Positions 38,167-46,983 of a DNA stretch of 64,000 nucleotides are shown here, in pieces. The position numbers and the translations under genes were made by a program. The first letter of the stretch is position 1. Every line of letters begins with the position of its first letter. The DNA comes from an uncultured Pseudomonadales bacterium (GTDB lineage: Bacteria; Patescibacteriota; Microgenomatia; UBA1400; PJMF01): contig CAZKVV010000003.1 in assembly GCA_964556485.1 (NCBI GenBank), positions 56,610 to 120,609 on the forward strand, read 5' to 3'. The notes beneath the pieces are model-generated. The model saw only the letters and a list, made by a program, of their open reading frames with translations, was not told the DNA's origin and did not search any database.

Positions 38167-38604
38167 ATGCAATTGAGTATTTTTACAGATGGTGGCTCTC
38201 GGGGTAATCCCGGTCATTCTGCTGTTGGTGGAGTTGTTTTTGAGGTGTCAGCGGATGGTTCAAGCGCAACAGAACTCCACACTTTTGCAAACTATTTGGG
38301 TATTGGCACAAATAATGAGGCTGAATATAAAGCAGTCCTCCACTCTCTTGAATGGCTTGTTGCCTTTGAAAGCTTGAGTGCTGTAAAAGCAGTTGAATGG
38401 AGACTTGATTCACAGTTAGTGGTTAATCAACTTTCTAAGCGCTGGAAAATTAAAGAACCTCGAATGGCTGAATTAGCAGAAGCATGTTGGAAAAAAATAG
38501 CTTCCCTTTCTGTCAAATGTTCGTTTTCCTATGTTCCACGTGCAGAAAATAAACAAGCCGACGCGCTCGTTAATCAAGCATTAGACGCTCACATCGCCGA
38601 GTAG
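38167..38604 (+). CDS. rnhA: ribonuclease HI
   Basis: FTDGGSRGNPGHSAVGGVVFE and C-terminal ENKQADALVNQALDA. Confidence 0.7.
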   Translation: MQLSIFTDGGSRGNPGHSAVGGVVFEVSADGSSATELHTFANYLGIGTNNEAEYKAVLHSLEWLVAFESLSAVKAVEWRLDSQLVVNQLSKRWKIKEPRMAELAEACWKKIASLSVKCSFSYVPRAENKQADALVNQALDAHIAE

Positions 38605-38650
38605 TAATCTGCTCATTTCCCTTACCTCGTTTTGTAACCTACAATGATAG

Positions 38651-41647
38651 GTGAAAGAACGTATGGTGCCTCAGTTAGTTACACAACTAGACTCAGATGC
38701 GCCTCGAGTTTTGGTTATAGGAACTCGAGGTATCGTTTCTGCCGCCCTAGCCGATGCCATTACCAGCATTGGCTTGCAGGTAATTCAAATTGAACCTGCA
38801 GCACTATTCGCTCATTCAAATGAATTATATGCAGCCTACAAGTGCGTTTGGTTGGTTGATCCACTTACAGCTTTTTCGAGCGAATACGAAAATACCAAAG
38901 CCCTGCTCTCTCCCTACGGTGCTAAGACGGTACTGATTGTTCCCATCACTGACGGCTTGTCAGCAGGTTTGTTTGAAAACAGATATCAGGCTTGGAAACA
39001 ATCTACTTCGCTACAACAGCGCGTCATTCTTGACTTGAATAGTGAATTTCCTAGTTCAATGTTTGTATTTGCTCATGATCTAGTGCATACCAGCAGTTTT
39101 TCACTCGCTTACTGTAGCGGAGACATTGATCAAGGAGTTCTACTCGATCCGCAGCACAGCTTTTGTGTACAAACCCCCCACGACTTTTCCCAAGCGGTTT
39201 TGGAATATTTGTTTAGACCTATGGATAGTGGTAGTATTCACTTTAAAGGTACTCCTGTCGAGACAACCCTGCTAGTTTCTAAAGTTGCAGAGCTCTATGC
39301 CGCTTACTTTAGAAAACACGTGCATGTTCGGGTTGAGCAAGTTGCGGTGACCTCTGTCCTCCCCTTTGTAGTGACTGAAGTTGAAGTGACAGGAGCCTCA
39401 GCTTTCGAAGTGGTTGATGCTTTTGTTAGAAGTTTGCCCGTTCAGCAGGCTGTAGCTCCTCAAGTAGTAGAAATTATAACTGCAGAAGTAGTGAGCATTC
39501 CTGAACCACAGCAAGAATATGCTCCTCCAGAGCCAGTTGCTACTCAACCACCACCAATATTGCAACCTCAACCTGAATCTCCGCCCCCACAAACACCTCC
39601 ACAAACACAGCTAGTTCAACCAGAAATTCCCCAAGAAGAACAGCAATTTATTAGAGTGCCACCTAAACCTGTTATAGCTGCACAAAAACCTACCAAACCT
39701 AAAGAACTTGATATTAATCAAGAACTGCAAGCTATTTTTAAAACCCCTCGAGCAGTTGAGAAAATTTCTCGAGTAAAAGATATGGCTCACACCGAGATAG
39801 TGCAGACTAGCAAGTCAAAGCGCAAAAAAGTGCTTTTTTATGGAGGACTCGGTTTTATTAGCATTGGGTTTGCGGGGCTTTTCTTGATTGGTGTGTTTAT
39901 GGCGACGCAGTTTTTCTTAAAACAACAGCTATTAGCCGTAGCTAAGGTTGCTGTCGAGACCAATTCAATAGCTGAAGAAGAATGGAATGAACTACGAAAA
40001 ACAGCCTCATTTCTAGATTTACAAGCAACAGCATACGGATCTGTCTTCGACTTAGCGGTAGTCAGTGATGCTGAACACCTAATATCTGTTGCAACAGAGC
40101 TTTCGAACATGTCAACATTCCTAGCCCAAGCTCGTACAGACGTCATTTCGTTGTTTTTATTACTAGTGGACAGAACTAGTGGTGATCTACCCTCTCTTGC
40201 CCAAAAAATGACTTCAGAAGCCCAAACAGCGTACGAAAATCTTTCACTTGTGCAAGCAGGTCTGAGTACGATCTCATTCATGGGTGATTCGCAGGAAAAA
40301 CAGCAACTTATTGAAGCCTATGAAGAAAAAATAAACGAATTACGCAAGTCCTTGGTGCTGCAGCGACAAGTAACTCCTCTACTTGAGAAATTGTTTGGTG
40401 GCAGCGGCAAAAAAACCTATGCTTTAGTGCTGCAGAATAATCAAGAGTTGCGACCAACTGGTGGATTTATCCAGGCAGTAGCACTGCTTAATTTTGAAAA
40501 TGGCGCCTTAATTTCTCACAATGTGTACAGCAGTTATGAAATTGATGCAAAATTGTCAGGAACGGTGGTTCCTCCAGACGATTTGACTCGATTTTTAGGT
40601 GAACAACAGTGGTATTTTAGAGATAGCAACTGGAATCCAGATTTCGTAGCTTCATCTCAGAAAATGTCTTGGTTTATTGAAAGAGCGCTGGGTACGCAAG
40701 TTGATGGAATTGTTGCCGTCAATCTCGATTCTCTCTCAAGTCTGATTGATGCCCTTGGCCCAGTTGAGTTGAGTCAATACAACGAAATTTTGACTGGCAA
40801 AAACCTCAAGGAACGAATGGAGTTCCATTCCGAAGTTGTGTTGGTTGATGTTTCTCAAACAAAGGACTATGGTGTGTTGATCCTAGAACAAGTCGTAAAT
40901 AAAATACAAAATATTCATGAAGACAAAGTGGTTAGTTTTGTTACTTCTCTTGCTGAAGGACTAGATCAAAACCAGATTCTGGTATATGCAAAAGACCAAA
41001 TAGTACAAGAAACAATTGCCTCGATAAAATGGAGTGGTGCGTTGGTGAAGCCAGATTGTCCATCACAGTTTGCTTCTGAATCCTGTATTGTTGATGTGAT
41101 AGCCCAAGTAGCCTCAAATGTAGGGGTAAACAAAGCAAATTACTATCTTGAAGAAACGGTGGATCACGTGGTAACAATCACCCCAAGTGCTGCAGAACAT
41201 ACCCGCACTCTCAGAATTGAAAACACGGCACAATCTAACTCGTGGCCAAAAGGCGACTATAAAGCATATTATCGTTTTTATCTCTCCCCTTCTGCTAAAG
41301 TCTCTACCGTAGAAATAAATGGCCAACCACTTCCCGTTTCTCAGCGTATTGAACGCGTTGAACAAGGCAGAAGTTTAGTAGGATTTTTAGTGACGGTGCC
41401 GGTAAAAGGTCAGTCTGAAGTTGTGGTGCGCTACTCTGTTCCATTGCCTGAAAAAGAATCATTTGCGTATGCGTTTTTCGATCAAGTTCAACCTGGAACA
41501 TCAATAACAGAATCATTCACCTTGGTGCCAGCTGCAGGTCTAAGACCAGCATTAATTGCTCCACAGGCGGAAGTAACTCCTCGAGGCATAGTATTTGCTG
41601 CCAAAAAACAGAAATCACATGGGTTTTACGGCGTTGAGTTTAAGTAA
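38651..41647 (+). CDS. DUF4012-domain membrane protein with Pro-rich linker
   Basis: 998 aa. Cytoplasmic N-domain. PQ-rich linker (PQPESPPPQTPPQTQ). TM (FYGGLGFISIGFAGLFLIGVFMA). Extracellular domain with YALVLQNNQELRPTGGFIQAVALL, a DUF4012 hallmark. Confidence 0.6.
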   Translation: MKERMVPQLVTQLDSDAPRVLVIGTRGIVSAALADAITSIGLQVIQIEPAALFAHSNELYAAYKCVWLVDPLTAFSSEYENTKALLSPYGAKTVLIVPITDGLSAGLFENRYQAWKQSTSLQQRVILDLNSEFPSSMFVFAHDLVHTSSFSLAYCSGDIDQGVLLDPQHSFCVQTPHDFSQAVLEYLFRPMDSGSIHFKGTPVETTLLVSKVAELYAAYFRKHVHVRVEQVAVTSVLPFVVTEVEVTGASAFEVVDAFVRSLPVQQAVAPQVVEIITAEVVSIPEPQQEYAPPEPVATQPPPILQPQPESPPPQTPPQTQLVQPEIPQEEQQFIRVPPKPVIAAQKPTKPKELDINQELQAIFKTPRAVEKISRVKDMAHTEIVQTSKSKRKKVLFYGGLGFISIGFAGLFLIGVFMATQFFLKQQLLAVAKVAVETNSIAEEEWNELRKTASFLDLQATAYGSVFDLAVVSDAEHLISVATELSNMSTFLAQARTDVISLFLLLVDRTSGDLPSLAQKMTSEAQTAYENLSLVQAGLSTISFMGDSQEKQQLIEAYEEKINELRKSLVLQRQVTPLLEKLFGGSGKKTYALVLQNNQELRPTGGFIQAVALLNFENGALISHNVYSSYEIDAKLSGTVVPPDDLTRFLGEQQWYFRDSNWNPDFVASSQKMSWFIERALGTQVDGIVAVNLDSLSSLIDALGPVELSQYNEILTGKNLKERMEFHSEVVLVDVSQTKDYGVLILEQVVNKIQNIHEDKVVSFVTSLAEGLDQNQILVYAKDQIVQETIASIKWSGALVKPDCPSQFASESCIVDVIAQVASNVGVNKANYYLEETVDHVVTITPSAAEHTRTLRIENTAQSNSWPKGDYKAYYRFYLSPSAKVSTVEINGQPLPVSQRIERVEQGRSLVGFLVTVPVKGQSEVVVRYSVPLPEKESFAYAFFDQVQPGTSITESFTLVPAAGLRPALIAPQAEVTPRGIVFAAKKQKSHGFYGVEFK

Positions 41648-41653
41648 GTGAGT

Positions 41654-42325
41654 TTATTCGGCTTTACTTGAATCACTTGATTGTTCTGAATCACCACTCT
41701 TTTCTGATTCAGCAGTAGGTTCCACCGAAGATTCTGAAGGAGTCTCTTCTTCAACTTCTTCTTTAAGAGCTTGGAGCACAACGACTACTTCAGCAGCTGG
41801 ATCGATTTCTTCATCAAGAACAAGTTCAACCTTGCTTCGATCGTAAGAAAGATCAGCTAACGTGATAGTTTGGTCAACTTCAGTGAGTGTAGTGATATCA
41901 ATTTCAAAGTGCTCTGGCAAGTTTGCTGGGAGCGCTTCGACTTCAACTTCATTTTTAACGAGTGAGACTACTGTATCTGGGATGTTATTCTCGCCAACAA
42001 GTACGACTGGTACTGCAGCAGTAATTTTCACCTTAAGATTAACTCTTTTAAATGCCACGTGTTGAATGATTCTTGAAACTGAACCGTAGTCGACTTCATC
42101 AACAAGTGCTGGCTGTTCTTTTTCGCCATCAATTGAAAGATAAAAAAGTCCAGTGTCACCTTGTTTGTTGTAAAGTTTAATAAATGCGTTTGTATCAATG
42201 CTTATTGCTTGTGAATCGGTGCTCAAACCATACACGTTTGCTACTGTTTTTCCGAGAGCTCTTATTTTTTTGGCTTTGATAGCTGTGTCTCTAGTTTGTA
42301 CGTTGAAGGTGACTTTATCCGTCAT
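41654..42325 (-). CDS. rplY: 50S ribosomal protein L25 / general stress protein Ctc with acidic C-terminal tail
   Basis: FNVQTRDTAIKAKKIRALGKTVANVYG ... HVAFKRVNLKV. Confidence 0.7.
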   Translation of the reverse strand: MTDKVTFNVQTRDTAIKAKKIRALGKTVANVYGLSTDSQAISIDTNAFIKLYNKQGDTGLFYLSIDGEKEQPALVDEVDYGSVSRIIQHVAFKRVNLKVKITAAVPVVLVGENNIPDTVVSLVKNEVEVEALPANLPEHFEIDITTLTEVDQTITLADLSYDRSKVELVLDEEIDPAAEVVVVLQALKEEVEEETPSESSVEPTAESEKSGDSEQSSDSSKAE

Positions 42326-42436
42326 AAGTTGTATCCGTTTTTTTAGTTACTGATTATTTGATAACACTACCCCATTTTCACGAACTTGGGAAGTATTCAC
42401 GATATAGCACTATACAACTTTATAGGTCGTTGTCAA

Positions 42437-42859
42437 CTACTGGAGGGACTTAGATGAGATAAAAAGTGGATTATTAGGGTCAATTTTCTGCGCTTGTTGT
42501 AAAAAGAATATTGATTGATTCTCTTCTCCCACAGCCGAGTACAACTGAACGATGTTCAAAAGCACATCTCTGTGAGTGGGTTGCTGTTCTGCTATCCACA
42601 ACCATTTTTGCAGTTCTAATTGGGCTTCAGATCTGGTTACTTCAATTGGGATAAAGGTTTCATCACTGAAATGAGGCTCCTCTAACCCTTTCTCCACTGT
42701 CTGATATGAGTGCGAAAGTACTGCAAGTTCCCCACTCATGACGATAATTGTCAGTGAAGCGACTGAAAAAAGTGATAGTTTGAGTGGTTTTACATAACTC
42801 GCTCCCAATTGAACAAAAAATGATGCTATGTACCAACTCAATTTTATTTTGTAATGCAT
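42437..42859 (-). CDS. membrane-anchored hypothetical protein, TPR-like C-terminus
   Basis: N-terminal TM, C-terminal helical repeat (LLNIVQLYSAVGEENQSIFFLQQAQKIDPNNP). Confidence 0.35.
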   Translation of the reverse strand: MHYKIKLSWYIASFFVQLGASYVKPLKLSLFSVASLTIIVMSGELAVLSHSYQTVEKGLEEPHFSDETFIPIEVTRSEAQLELQKWLWIAEQQPTHRDVLLNIVQLYSAVGEENQSIFFLQQAQKIDPNNPLFISSKSLQ

Positions 42860-43143
42860 GTAGCTTTGATGCTGTTGTTTCGTGTTACATTGGTTAATCT
42901 GGAGTACCCAAAAAAGCCCGATAGAACAAGCAAAATTTCACGGGAAATATTTTATCATATTTTCCTTACAAAAACTGTGACAAATTCCGTTTTCCTCTGG
43001 AAACTGACCTCAAATTTTAAATTTTTTCATCCAAAATTAATTGCTAATCTGGAGTGAAAAGTACTAAAAAGTTAAAAGAATGTTTGAGGAAAAAACGACC
43101 CTAAGATTGAGAGATGAAAAATGCAAGAAAAAAGAATAAAAAA

Positions 43144-45402
43144 CTATTTAGGCCAGGAAGAAGTTGCGAGTAGAGAAGATTTTGTTGCCAGATTAGCAGC
43201 ATGGAGTTGTTGCCAAATTGCTTCAGTAACAAACGGCATAAAAGGGTGGAGTAGGGCAAGAAATGTCTTTAATCCCTCAAGTAGTACTGGGGTAGAAATG
43301 CGGTTTTCCTTGTTTTTTTCAATACAGTCATCACAAAACCAGTGCCAGAATTCATTAGTCACAAACTCTGCAGCCATACCAACTGAAAGTTTATTGAGTA
43401 GTTTTGTGGTTTCTTTAGTGACCTTGGTAAGGTGTTTCTCAAACGCTGCGTCATCTGGAGCGGCAGTGGTAGTTTGGTCATTTTCAGTTGTTTGAATCAC
43501 AAATCTCGAAGCATTCCACACCTTATTTGCTAAATTTCTGGCTGCCTTAAAGTCGGCATCACCAACAGATTTGTCTTGACCTGGAGTTGAACGTATCACC
43601 AGAGCCATGCGGAGCGCATCAGCCCCATAAGTAGAAACAACTTCGAGAGGATTAATAACATTGCCTTTACTCTTACTCATTTTCTGACCTTTGGTGTCGC
43701 GGATAAGGCCATGGAGGTATACATGGGTAAAGGGCGATTTTCCGGTCTTATAAATGCCAAGGAGCATCATTCTCATGACCCAGAAAGGCAAAATGTCATA
43801 TCCAGTTTCCATTACCGAAGTAGGGTAGAAACGATCAAAATCATTAGGCTGCGCATTTTGTAGCGTGACCACTGGCCATTGAGCTGATGAGAACCAAGTG
43901 TCAAAGGTGTCAGTTTCTGCTATCCATCGGCCAGATTCAGGTTGTGAAATTGAAACAGAGTAGGGGACTAAAGTATTTGCTTGCACTGTCTGAATGCCCG
44001 ACACAATGTCAGTCAGCCTGTGTGTTTTGAGTAATTCGAGGAGTGTTCCTTGAATATACGTCTTTTGGGCATCAAGAAATCCAGCGGTTATTTCAGACTC
44101 AAATCCGTCAATTTGATACCAAACCGGGATCTTGATTCCCCATACAATTTGGCGAGAGATGTTCCAATCTTTGAGATTGGCGAGCCAGTGGCGAAGAATT
44201 TTTTCCCGACCTGCGCCATGAATGGTAGTTTCTTTTGAATCGAGTGCTGTTAATGCTTTTTTAACCAAGTTGTTTTGTTTGTCTTGTACTTTGATGAAGA
44301 ATTGGGGAAGGGGTAGTGGCTCAATGACGCGTTTACAACGATAGCAGGTACCAACTCTATTTGAGTATTTGGTGTCAACATGGTCAATATGACCGGTTTC
44401 TTCTAGTTTTTTCACAATCGCTTTGCGGGCCTCAAGTACGGATAAACCGGCGAATTCACCAGCTAATGGAGTCATTTTTCCCTGTAAATTAATGGCAATT
44501 TGCATTGGTAAATCAAGCTTTTTTGCTATTTCAAAGTCGTTGGGATCATGGGCTGGAGTGAGCTTTACAATGCCTGTTCCAAATGCTGGATCAACATATT
44601 CATCGCCAATAATGGTCATTTCTGCATGGGTGAGGGGATTAAAAACTTTTTTGCCAATTAGGTGCTTTTTTGCAGTATCCTTGGGATTAACTGCTAGATG
44701 TGTATCAGCAAAAATCGGTTCAGGTCGCACGGTGGCAACAGTGATGAATTCTTCTGGATTTTCAACTAAAAAGTACTTTATATAATAGAGTGGAACCGTT
44801 TGGTCGGCGTGCAATACCTCGAGTTCTGAGTAACTAGTACCACATTTGGTGCAATAGTTAACAAGGCGAAAATCTCTATATACCAATCCATCTTTGTGTA
44901 ATTGCTGAAATGTTTTAAGCACAGAATTAACAATTTGTGGAGTAAGGGTAAATGAGAAACGACTCCAATCTGCACTAGCGCCTAGTTTTTTGATTTGACT
45001 TACAGCAACGTCAGAGTTTTCTTGGACATAGTCCCAAATCATCTGGTAGAGGGTAGCTCTGTCGAAGTTAAACCGACTTTTACCTTCTTTTGAAAGTTTT
45101 TTTTCAAACACAAACTGGGTTTCAATGCCAGCGTGATCGGTGCCTGGAATCCAGACAGTATCTTCACCTAACATCCTGTGATATCTAATGAGAATGTCCT
45201 CTATCGAAACAAACAACGCATGTCCCAGATGTAACGCATCATTGGCGTTGGGAGGTGGCATGATGATGCTGAAATGTTTTTTAGCAGGGGATTTTTTTGT
45301 GGCTGAATCGACAACAGCTACATCTGGGTTGAAAGCATTAGCTTTTTCCCATAGTTCATACATACGAGCTTCGAGCTCGTTAAAGGCATATTTGGACTCC
45401 AT
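43144..45402 (-). CDS. valS: valine--tRNA ligase (short form, 752 aa)
   Basis: Class I HIGH-type PPPNANDALHLGHA. WNISRQIVWGIKIPVWY (ValRS DWCISRQ...WGHRIPAWY block). KMSKSKGNVI. Confidence 0.75.
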   Translation of the reverse strand: MESKYAFNELEARMYELWEKANAFNPDVAVVDSATKKSPAKKHFSIIMPPPNANDALHLGHALFVSIEDILIRYHRMLGEDTVWIPGTDHAGIETQFVFEKKLSKEGKSRFNFDRATLYQMIWDYVQENSDVAVSQIKKLGASADWSRFSFTLTPQIVNSVLKTFQQLHKDGLVYRDFRLVNYCTKCGTSYSELEVLHADQTVPLYYIKYFLVENPEEFITVATVRPEPIFADTHLAVNPKDTAKKHLIGKKVFNPLTHAEMTIIGDEYVDPAFGTGIVKLTPAHDPNDFEIAKKLDLPMQIAINLQGKMTPLAGEFAGLSVLEARKAIVKKLEETGHIDHVDTKYSNRVGTCYRCKRVIEPLPLPQFFIKVQDKQNNLVKKALTALDSKETTIHGAGREKILRHWLANLKDWNISRQIVWGIKIPVWYQIDGFESEITAGFLDAQKTYIQGTLLELLKTHRLTDIVSGIQTVQANTLVPYSVSISQPESGRWIAETDTFDTWFSSAQWPVVTLQNAQPNDFDRFYPTSVMETGYDILPFWVMRMMLLGIYKTGKSPFTHVYLHGLIRDTKGQKMSKSKGNVINPLEVVSTYGADALRMALVIRSTPGQDKSVGDADFKAARNLANKVWNASRFVIQTTENDQTTTAAPDDAAFEKHLTKVTKETTKLLNKLSVGMAAEFVTNEFWHWFCDDCIEKNKENRISTPVLLEGLKTFLALLHPFMPFVTEAIWQQLHAANLATKSSLLATSSWPK

Positions 45403-45443
45403 GGGGGTATTTTAGCATAGCTAACTGGAGGCAACTCGATTGA

Positions 45444-45477
45444 AATAAAAAAATGCGGGCTTTTTGCAAAGCCCGCA
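45444..45477 (-). terminator. intrinsic terminator in the valS 5' leader (minus strand)
   Basis: Stem TGCGGGCTTT (45454-45463) pairs with AAAGCCCGCA (45468-45477), 4-nt loop. On the minus strand it is followed by a U-tract (45444-45453), 40 nt upstream of the valS ATG. Confidence 0.5.
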
Positions 45478-45779
45478 ATAGTCAGGATTGTTAACTACCT
45501 GCTAGCCGCAAGTAAAAGGCAGTAGACCATTTTGGATTGCAATTAGTGTTAAAACTGACCCTAACACCATACAAGTGCCTGCAAAAATGATCTCACCAAT
45601 GATCCATCGTTTCATTCACACCTCCTCATTTTTTTTTGGAGGTAGTTGCATTACTACCTCGAGGTGAATAAATCTAGGCCGGTATTATAACAAGATTTGT
45701 TTCATTTGAAACAAATAACTTGAATTATGAGTAAAAACTACCTCTTTTCTTGACTAATAAATAGGAATAATATAAAAGT

Positions 45780-46604
45780 ATGCAAAATAGCCATAATCCA
45801 ACAGTACTAAGTACTCCACATGAAATGGAGCATGAGGAAGTCAAGCCATACACACATGTTTCTGAAAGTGGTGTATCTGAAAAAGTCGAACATTTCCACA
45901 AAAAGAAATTGAACTCTAAGAAAGCCAGGCTTTTGCTAGTGGGTCTTTTTTTTATTTTATTAGCTGTTGGTAGTGCTAGCGTGTTATACCTAGTACAAAC
46001 GAGCCAGGATCTAAGACAACAGGCATCAGGGCCCTATCCTTCACCAGTGCCAAAACAATGCAATGGTCAATGTACTACTAATGCTGATTGTACTACTGGT
46101 TATTGTCATCAAATAGCCCGCAGGGTAGGTGTTTGTAGAAACTATAGTTGCGCAAATGATTCTGATTGTATTTGTGCAGTTGTTTGTGAAGGACTTGCGA
46201 GTTGTCCCACAAGTCTCTCATTAAAGCCAATTAATTCGTGTGATGCTGCTTGTGAAGGCGCTAGATGTAACCTTAATTCACAGCCACATTGTGCGACACT
46301 TGATGGCGGAGTTGAAATATTGGGAGTAGGAACTGAATGCAATAAAGACGGAAGTGGAAAGGGGGTTTTGGTATATAAATATTCAGGATCTATGGAACAG
46401 AAACAGTTTGTAGTCACTGCTTGTATATCTGCAATTGGAAAAAACGATTGTTCTGCAGGAAATAACACTATTACAACTCAGTCTACTTCTTATGAACTAG
46501 CAATTCCTACAGGCAAGCAAGCAGAGGTCTCAGTTGCTGTCGAAGTCGTAGGATTGGGAATTCGCTCCAGTTCTCAAACTGAAAAAATGAAATGTAGTTA
46601 TTAG
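45780..46604 (+). CDS. membrane-anchored Cys-rich extracellular protein
   Basis: 274 aa. Cytoplasmic N-terminus, one TM (LLLVGLFFILLAVGSASVLYLV), then repeated C-x-C modules (more than 25 Cys). Confidence 0.5.
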   Translation: MQNSHNPTVLSTPHEMEHEEVKPYTHVSESGVSEKVEHFHKKKLNSKKARLLLVGLFFILLAVGSASVLYLVQTSQDLRQQASGPYPSPVPKQCNGQCTTNADCTTGYCHQIARRVGVCRNYSCANDSDCICAVVCEGLASCPTSLSLKPINSCDAACEGARCNLNSQPHCATLDGGVEILGVGTECNKDGSGKGVLVYKYSGSMEQKQFVVTACISAIGKNDCSAGNNTITTQSTSYELAIPTGKQAEVSVAVEVVGLGIRSSSQTEKMKCSY

Positions 46605-46656
46605 TGTATTAATGGAAGTATTATTACAACTCAGTTTTTGTTGAAATAAAGAAAAA

Positions 46657-46676
46657 GGGCGAACATTTGTTCGCCC
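46657..46676. terminator. short GC hairpin, possible bidirectional terminator
   Basis: GGGCGAAC, loop ATTT, GTTCGCCC. A-rich before and T-rich after when read on the minus strand. Confidence 0.35.
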
Positions 46677-46983
46677 ATGTAAAGAGTTTTGTTTAAACGG
46701 CTTGCACACTTATGGGAATCGCATTGAATTCCCTAGTATGAAACCTTAATAGGTTTAAACAAAACTTTTATTTTCTAAGCTGAAAGTATACATTATTATG
46801 GGTTATTTGTCAATAGTATGAGTTGTTTTGAGATATTTGTAATAAATATATCCTGATTGGTGTGCCAATGTTGGTTTTCGTCATTGGAAAGAAATTACAC
46901 TCCATTTTCAACTGAAGTATAAGGGTGCTGATGTACTGTTCTTATATTTGGTCTAGGCGGTTTGTAGGTCATTCTTTCAGCTA

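Noticed and set aside
39480-39660. Pro/Gln-rich nucleotide repeats (ccacaaacacctccacaaaca...)
   Set aside because: It is a coding low-complexity linker within the DUF4012 protein, not an independent repeat element.
42893-43055. Two copies of TAATCTGGAGT about 150 bp apart downstream of valS
   Set aside because: Only an 11-nt direct repeat with no flanking inverted repeats or coding capacity. Possibly a binding site, but too short to call a mobile element.
45403-45700. T-box riboswitch call for the valS leader
   Set aside because: A terminator and alternative pairings are present, but the conserved T-box sequence and a clear specifier loop were not found. It is reported only as a candidate attenuator.
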